A stretch of 64,000 nucleotides of DNA from Gammaproteobacteria bacterium (GTDB taxonomy: Bacteria; Pseudomonadota; Gammaproteobacteria; Steroidobacterales; JBCCMA01). The position numbers and the translations under genes are program-made. The notes under the pieces were generated by a model. That model was not told where the DNA came from. It saw only the letters and a list, made by a program, of their open reading frames with translations, and searched no databases. Below are positions 59,209 to 64,000 of the stretch, in pieces (positions within the stretch are counted from its first letter, which is position 1; each line of letters begins with the position of its first letter). Where the stretch lies: the NCBI GenBank assembly GCA_045107005.1, contig JBGCFP010000032.1:15525-79524 (forward strand). The letters run 5' to 3'.

Positions 59209-59568
59209 CTAGCTGGCTTGCGCGGCTGCCAGCGCCAAAGGAAGGTAGTCCGCGAGATTCTTGGTTTCAATATCAAAAACAGAATTTAGCTTCAAATGTC
59301 TACGGCCCTTGCCTTTGCCTTCGAGGTGGCCAAGCGAATCCAGAATTTTCGCTCCGTGGCCAAACTCCACGGATACGTGTTTCTTGTAGGCGAAAACACC
59401 GCAAAACGGCACCTCTGATGAGAAGAGTATGCCGCCGTATTTGACCTCTTCCGAAATCGGCGAGATGACTTCCTTGACCAGTTCGCGCACGCGCTCAACC
59501 AGTAAGAATTGTTCTAAACCCAGAAGGCGGATGTCATCGAGTAGCGCTTGAACCGATTTCGTCGTCAT
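59209..59568 (-). CDS. DUF1801 (YdhG-like) protein
   Basis: EEVKYGGI.F...FCGVFAYK.HVSVEF..GA...LEGKGKGRRHLK; aggag RBS; start 59568 (track 59850). Confidence 0.8.
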   Translation of the reverse strand: MTTKSVQALLDDIRLLGLEQFLLVERVRELVKEVISPISEEVKYGGILFSSEVPFCGVFAYKKHVSVEFGHGAKILDSLGHLEGKGKGRRHLKLNSVFDIETKNLADYLPLALAAAQAS

Positions 59569-59629
59569 TGGTCTGATTGTCTCCTTCGACCTGGTCTCTC
59601 GAATGCCGTTTGGCAATCCAGCGGCAACG

Positions 59630-60112
59630 TCAGGCTTCGTCGCCCGGTCGATCGTTGTCAGCTGGCCAGTCCGGGTTGTCACCTGATGCATCGTCTTCAG
59701 GGAACAGTGTGACCGAAACGACTTTACCGTCACAGACCCAAATCGACAGTTCGTAGTCTGAACACTCGTAATCGCGCATGCCGATGTCGTCGAAGTCATC
59801 CGCCAGGACGATCTTTGGCACGCCTGCCGCGTCGAGCGCCTGGAGCGCATCCGCCTCGGTCATGCCAACGGGCTCGACGCCATGAATGTTCGCTTTTTGA
59901 AGCGTGAGAGCGCCGAGTCGCCAGCTCTCGTCGCTGTAGAACGTGGCGCGAATCTCGCTCTCTTCGTAGAGCCAGTCTTCGGTGACCGTGTCGTCCGACC
60001 AGACCTCTTCTTCGCGATCGTCGGGTTCGCCCAGACACGCTGTCACTGCCTCACGGGACATCCCAAAGCGCAAGCGGCCTGCGCCGATCTTCGGCAAAAC
60101 TTTCAGCGCCAT
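59630..60112 (-). CDS. Acidic hypothetical protein
   Basis: P..GAG.LRFGMSRE.V...LGEPD pattern; start overlaps upstream gene end. Confidence 0.65.
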   Translation of the reverse strand: MALKVLPKIGAGRLRFGMSREAVTACLGEPDDREEEVWSDDTVTEDWLYEESEIRATFYSDESWRLGALTLQKANIHGVEPVGMTEADALQALDAAGVPKIVLADDFDDIGMRDYECSDYELSIWVCDGKVVSVTLFPEDDASGDNPDWPADNDRPGDEA

Positions 60113-60606
60113 GCCGAGCCGCCCCATCGAATCGTGCTTGAGCGATCCAGTTCGCCGCCATCGAGCCAAATTCGGTCGCACGAGACGCACGAGTCAATAA
60201 CAAAGTCCCCCGGTCCAAAATACGGATGAGCCTTCATCGGTGTTTCGCAACTGGGACAGTCGAGCACACGGGTCAGTGCTGACGCATCAATGGCGTCAGG
60301 CTTTCGATCCGTTACGACGGATTGTTCGCGTGAGTAGACAATGATGTTGAGCAGATCCTGTCGCGACACCAGCAAACCGCGGCACTCGGAGCAAACCAGC
60401 AGGTGCCACTCGTTGATCTTTCCGTGCGATAAGGGCTCAGAGCACAAAGGGCATTGATCTTCGGATTGAACGTTCGACGCGAGATCGATCCCCAGTTCCT
60501 CGCGCAAACAAGGCACATGAATCGTGTCGCAGTAGCCGCACTTCAGTCGATTATCGAGGAATTCGAAACTCAGCGTTGCGCCGCAATTTTTACAGTTTGT
60601 GTCCAT
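60103..60606 (-). CDS. Multi-zinc-ribbon (zf-TFIIB-like) protein
   Basis: Six CxxC pairs; ID.C..C..IWLD.GEL. Confidence 0.8.
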   Translation of the reverse strand: MDTNCKNCGATLSFEFLDNRLKCGYCDTIHVPCLREELGIDLASNVQSEDQCPLCSEPLSHGKINEWHLLVCSECRGLLVSRQDLLNIIVYSREQSVVTDRKPDAIDASALTRVLDCPSCETPMKAHPYFGPGDFVIDSCVSCDRIWLDGGELDRSSTIRWGGSAWR

Positions 60607-60898
60607 CAGGTTGAGACCACTGTTATTGATGACTTGAAATCAGGCTCGGTCGTGATCGAGTTTCTCGTGGTGGCGGCAACAATCGGAACGACTAAGTGAT
60701 CAGGCCGAGAGTATCCGAAGCCGAGTTGAGATTGTCTTTAGGCCAACACGCGGTCTTATCCTCGGTTGGCGTCAACTGGCACAAACGTGAGTGTACCAAA
60801 ACTCGATGAGGCTCCGTCAGAATCGGCGACCGCGCACACTGAGCATTCTCGGCGCTATACTGACTGTCGTTCGACGTGTAAAAAAAGGGGACACCGGC

Positions 60899-62173
60899 AT
60901 GCGACTATTTTGGGTGAGCGCGCTGTTCGCCATTTGGCTGTCCGGCTGCTCAAGCAGCAACACTGGGCAGATCCAAAACGCGAAAGAGGTGTCAACGGCA
61001 TGCACCGTCGGCATTTACGGATCGACTGCGTCGTTTGTAGCAATCATGAACAGACAAGGCGTTGACCGCTATTCGCGCAGCGATGGTCGGGCAGGGCGAG
61101 TGGCTGAAGACGATCGCGTTGCGTGCCATGGCAACACGCTAAAGATCGATGGTGCAACCGTCCTGGAACGACGTGCCATTCGCACGACAAACTCGCGTTT
61201 CGATGTCGCCGGTGCTGTCCTCGCCGGACAGCTGATGGAGCCGGAAGAGGTTGGGCCGAATACGCCACTAGTCGTTTACGCTCATGGCTCGGAAAGACTT
61301 GGATGGATCGAATCGGCTACCGACCCTTATCAAATGGTCGGTCGCGGCGTGTCGGTTTTCGTCTATGACAAACGCGGCACTGGAGAATCAACCGGCACCT
61401 ACTCGCAAAACTTCCCCGAGCTGGCTGACGATCTGGTGGCCGCGGCGGGCGAAGCAAAGCGCCTGGCGGCCGGGAGATTCGGGCGGTTTGGCTTGTTCGG
61501 ATTGAGTCAGGGAGGCTGGATCGCGCCGCTGGCGGCGAAACGGGCAAATGCGGATTTTCTCGGCATCGGCTACGGGTTGGTGGTGGACATCCTTGAGGAA
61601 GACGCCGCTCAAGTCGAACTGGAGTTGACCGAAGCGGGCTACGGCAAAGCGGTTCTGGCCAAAGCGCGGGAACTGACCGACGTCACGGCCCGCCTCGCCG
61701 TTTCCCACTACACCGACGGCTTGGACGATCTCGATACACTGCGCGCACGCTATCGCGATCAGCCGTGGTATTCGATTGTCCGCGGCGGCTTCACTGGGGT
61801 GATCCTCGGCATTTCTTCGAACGAGCTACGCACCAAAGGCATTCCGATGTTTGACGAGCTAAACATCGATTGGTCTCTGGATCCCATGGCGATTCTGCGC
61901 GACGTCGAAACGCCGCAGCTCTGGGTTCTGGCGGAGGATGATCGCGAGGCACCTTTTGCCAAGACGCTGGGGCGTTTGCAGACCATTCGCCGTGAAGGCA
62001 GAGATATTACGATCCACGTTTTCCCGCGTACGGATCACGGCATGTGGGAATACGATCAAGCGGCAGACGGCACGCGGGAATACACTCAGGTGACCGACGG
62101 GTTTTACCGGCTCATGAGTGACTGGGCTAAAGGGGTCTTTGCTGGGCCGTACGGCATGAGTCGTCTGGAGTAA
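60899..62173 (+). CDS. Alpha/beta hydrolase lipoprotein
   Basis: LSGC lipobox, HGS, YDKRGTGES, GLSQGG, EDDRE, DH; ATG 60899 (track 60791). Confidence 0.87.
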   Translation: MRLFWVSALFAIWLSGCSSSNTGQIQNAKEVSTACTVGIYGSTASFVAIMNRQGVDRYSRSDGRAGRVAEDDRVACHGNTLKIDGATVLERRAIRTTNSRFDVAGAVLAGQLMEPEEVGPNTPLVVYAHGSERLGWIESATDPYQMVGRGVSVFVYDKRGTGESTGTYSQNFPELADDLVAAAGEAKRLAAGRFGRFGLFGLSQGGWIAPLAAKRANADFLGIGYGLVVDILEEDAAQVELELTEAGYGKAVLAKARELTDVTARLAVSHYTDGLDDLDTLRARYRDQPWYSIVRGGFTGVILGISSNELRTKGIPMFDELNIDWSLDPMAILRDVETPQLWVLAEDDREAPFAKTLGRLQTIRREGRDITIHVFPRTDHGMWEYDQAADGTREYTQVTDGFYRLMSDWAKGVFAGPYGMSRLE

Positions 62174-62248
62174 GGTCTTCGGGTTGTACGCGCTCCGTTT
62201 CCACGTCGAATGCCTGGTGAAGACGAGGCCAGCGCGCGTGTGCGGTAC

Positions 62249-62575
62249 TCATGTCTTGACCAGGTATCGGGTGACCTTTCTCTTTAGCCGTTTCACTAAC
62301 GCCGCGTCCATGTAATCGTAGTCGTCGGGTATATCCAGAGTGATGACCCGGGAATTCTTGAGATACGGTTTGAAATCTTTCGACAACTTGCTCTTGTGCC
62401 GGCGCTCCATCACAAAAATGATGTCAGCCCAACCTATCAGCTCGCCAGATACCGGATTATCGGCCCCCCTGTTCAGCCCTGCCGACTCAGCGTCGACGCC
62501 GGGGTACTCGCAAAATACGGCTTCCGCGGTTGGACTGCGCAGGCGATTTTGACTGCATAAAAACAGGACTTTCAT
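62249..62575 (-). CDS. Low-molecular-weight protein-tyrosine-phosphatase-like protein
   Basis: FLCSQNRLRSPTAE (CX5R), WADIIFVME, LDIPDDY. Confidence 0.87.
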   Translation of the reverse strand: MKVLFLCSQNRLRSPTAEAVFCEYPGVDAESAGLNRGADNPVSGELIGWADIIFVMERRHKSKLSKDFKPYLKNSRVITLDIPDDYDYMDAALVKRLKRKVTRYLVKT

Positions 62576-62682
62576 TGCAAGAACGCGCTTGGGCAAGTGC
62601 GGATTGCTATAGGCGGCTTCTTGTCCAAGGCTGCACCATCTTCGGAGTCCATATGTTACCTACCGCGGCATCTTTCGCCGAT

Positions 62683-63468
62683 TCAACGCGGCGGCCAGAC
62701 GGAGTTCAGTATCTCAGTGGCCGTAGATTCTCTGTCTGCTTTTTTCGCTGCTTCCGCCCATTCAGGCGGTACTGGCGGCTCGAACGCGGGTTGCTCGCCA
62801 AGCACTGCCGGAAACTGCCTCGATATGGCGAATGCAAGCACGCCGCCTCGGATAGTTGGCGGCGTTTGGCTTTCAAGCTCACTCACTAGCGACTGAAAAT
62901 CGTCGGGCGTGTAATGATCCGGATGCAATAGCCAAATTTTCGACTCGCCGGGCCTAAGGGCAACGACAACATGAAAGAAGCCTTCGTGGCTTTGAGCAAG
63001 AGAAGCAATCAAACTTAGTTCAAGTTTCGCGAGGTAAGACATGGTTTCGTGCTCGCTACCCACGAATTGCTCGTACTCCTCCTGCGACTGATAAAGCAGA
63101 ACATTCGTGGGTCCTACATCTGGATTCTTTTCCGCCGACACATCTGAGTAGTCTTCGTCCGACGAGAACAAAAATGGAAGGTTCGCGCTTGCCAACACCT
63201 TAAGGACTTCCTCTGCCTTCGGTAGCTCTTGCATGTCTGGACTTTCCAAGTAAATCCACGCGACGGCGCCGTCAGCGGCTGCACTCGTCAGCGGCTCGGA
63301 GAGCTGCTCGATCGACATATCCTCATTGTTCAGTGTCAACCGTCCGTCGACATAAAGGCGAATCTTGAAAAGACTCAGATCATCTGGCATTTCGCGCCGA
63401 GCAGTATCAGAAGCCGCAGCGAAACTTGGAACGAGTGCCGCGAGTAGCGCGGCGATTTTACGCAACAT
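62683..63468 (-). CDS. Exported two-domain hypothetical protein
   Basis: Signal peptide from ATG 63468; ExbD-like first domain by pattern; PVPPEW near C-terminus. Confidence 0.6.
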   Translation of the reverse strand: MLRKIAALLAALVPSFAAASDTARREMPDDLSLFKIRLYVDGRLTLNNEDMSIEQLSEPLTSAAADGAVAWIYLESPDMQELPKAEEVLKVLASANLPFLFSSDEDYSDVSAEKNPDVGPTNVLLYQSQEEYEQFVGSEHETMSYLAKLELSLIASLAQSHEGFFHVVVALRPGESKIWLLHPDHYTPDDFQSLVSELESQTPPTIRGGVLAFAISRQFPAVLGEQPAFEPPVPPEWAEAAKKADRESTATEILNSVWPPR

Positions 63469-63697
63469 TTCGGTCACCCTGTCTGCAGCTGCCTTTAAAC
63501 TTAGTCCGATACCACGACCGGTATTGGCGCACACCTGTTCCTTAATGTAGACGAATTTTTGGCATCGAGCCGCGTGCTCAGCAAATGGCGCGTGTAATGA
63601 GGTGCCCAGCGACAGAGCTTGTAACCTACGCCAACAAACCGGGCGCGCCCGCCACGCGCGGCAAGGACTGTCAGTGGAAGTCCAAGGGTACGAGCAT

Positions 63698-63785
63698 CGC
63701 CAACGCTAGCCAGCTGAGCGGCCACTTTTGGGCTTTTGCAAGTTGTGATGCATCTTGCGTCAATTAATGGCCGCGAGGTTGGTGT
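63698..63785 (-). mobile_element. Degenerate attC-like inverted repeat
   Basis: Minus strand: stop codon then aCACCAAC ctcgcggcca ... tggccgctcag ctggctagc GTTGGCG. Confidence 0.35.
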
Positions 63786-63986
63786 TCATTCTTGCTTATC
63801 CCTTTCGTAATTCGCCTTTTGATAGGGAAGGTGCCCTTGCGTAAGGAAATAGATTGAGCCAGAAAAATACAGAAGAAGCAGCGAAACGCTACCATTCACG
63901 TCGGCGCCTTCGATCAGCCATTGATACGCTACCCAGAGACTAAAGCCCAGTATCGCGATAGCGATTAAGTAGTTGCCGATTTGCAA
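63786..63986 (-). CDS. Small two-TM hypothetical protein; start may lie further upstream
   Basis: Two hydrophobic segments, lower GC, stop abuts the attC-like repeat. Confidence 0.5.
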   Translation of the reverse strand: MQIGNYLIAIAILGFSLWVAYQWLIEGADVNGSVSLLLLYFSGSIYFLTQGHLPYQKANYERDKQE

Positions 63987-64000
63987 AATGGGGTTGCGCG

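Noticed and set aside
60741-60771. ggccaac...gttggcg pair resembling attC cores
   Set aside because: About 30 bp, too short for attC, no L boxes, not adjacent to a stop codon
1-64000. CRISPR arrays, tRNA/rRNA genes, IS elements, prophage genes
   Set aside because: None recognised by eye; short structured RNAs cannot be excluded without a covariance search

Overview
GC-rich bacterial chromosomal segment, probably a marine/aquatic gammaproteobacterium (inferred from the TonB receptors, VPLPA-CTERM protein and glucosylglycerate genes). No rRNA, tRNA, CRISPR array, integrase or transposase was seen. Left to right: a TonB-dependent receptor, two flavin-dependent halogenases and a LacI regulator; a four-gene glucosylglycerate synthesis/recycling operon; an IorAB-type molybdoenzyme with a c-type cytochrome; a TPR hybrid kinase; a membrane-anchored TIR protein; two CadC-like membrane regulators, each near tandem direct-repeat boxes; a sugar porter and GH17 pair; a stand-alone LacI HTH among coupled small ORFs; a Tat-exported vanadium haloperoxidase; several peptidases/hydrolases and a second IorAB pair. 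The best candidate for an undescribed system is 47.4-55.6 kb: TonB receptor, NTF2-like protein, SDR, HapK-like protein, an old-yellow-enzyme with a non-canonical active site, two unknown proteins and a methyltransferase, with the same palindrome AATGTTAT-N6-ATAACATT in both promoter regions. The last ~6.3 kb looks like a decayed integron-cassette-like array with partial attC-like sites and chimeric/fragmentary genes. All family calls come from motif recognition by eye, not database searches; many starts were moved downstream of the ORF-track starts.
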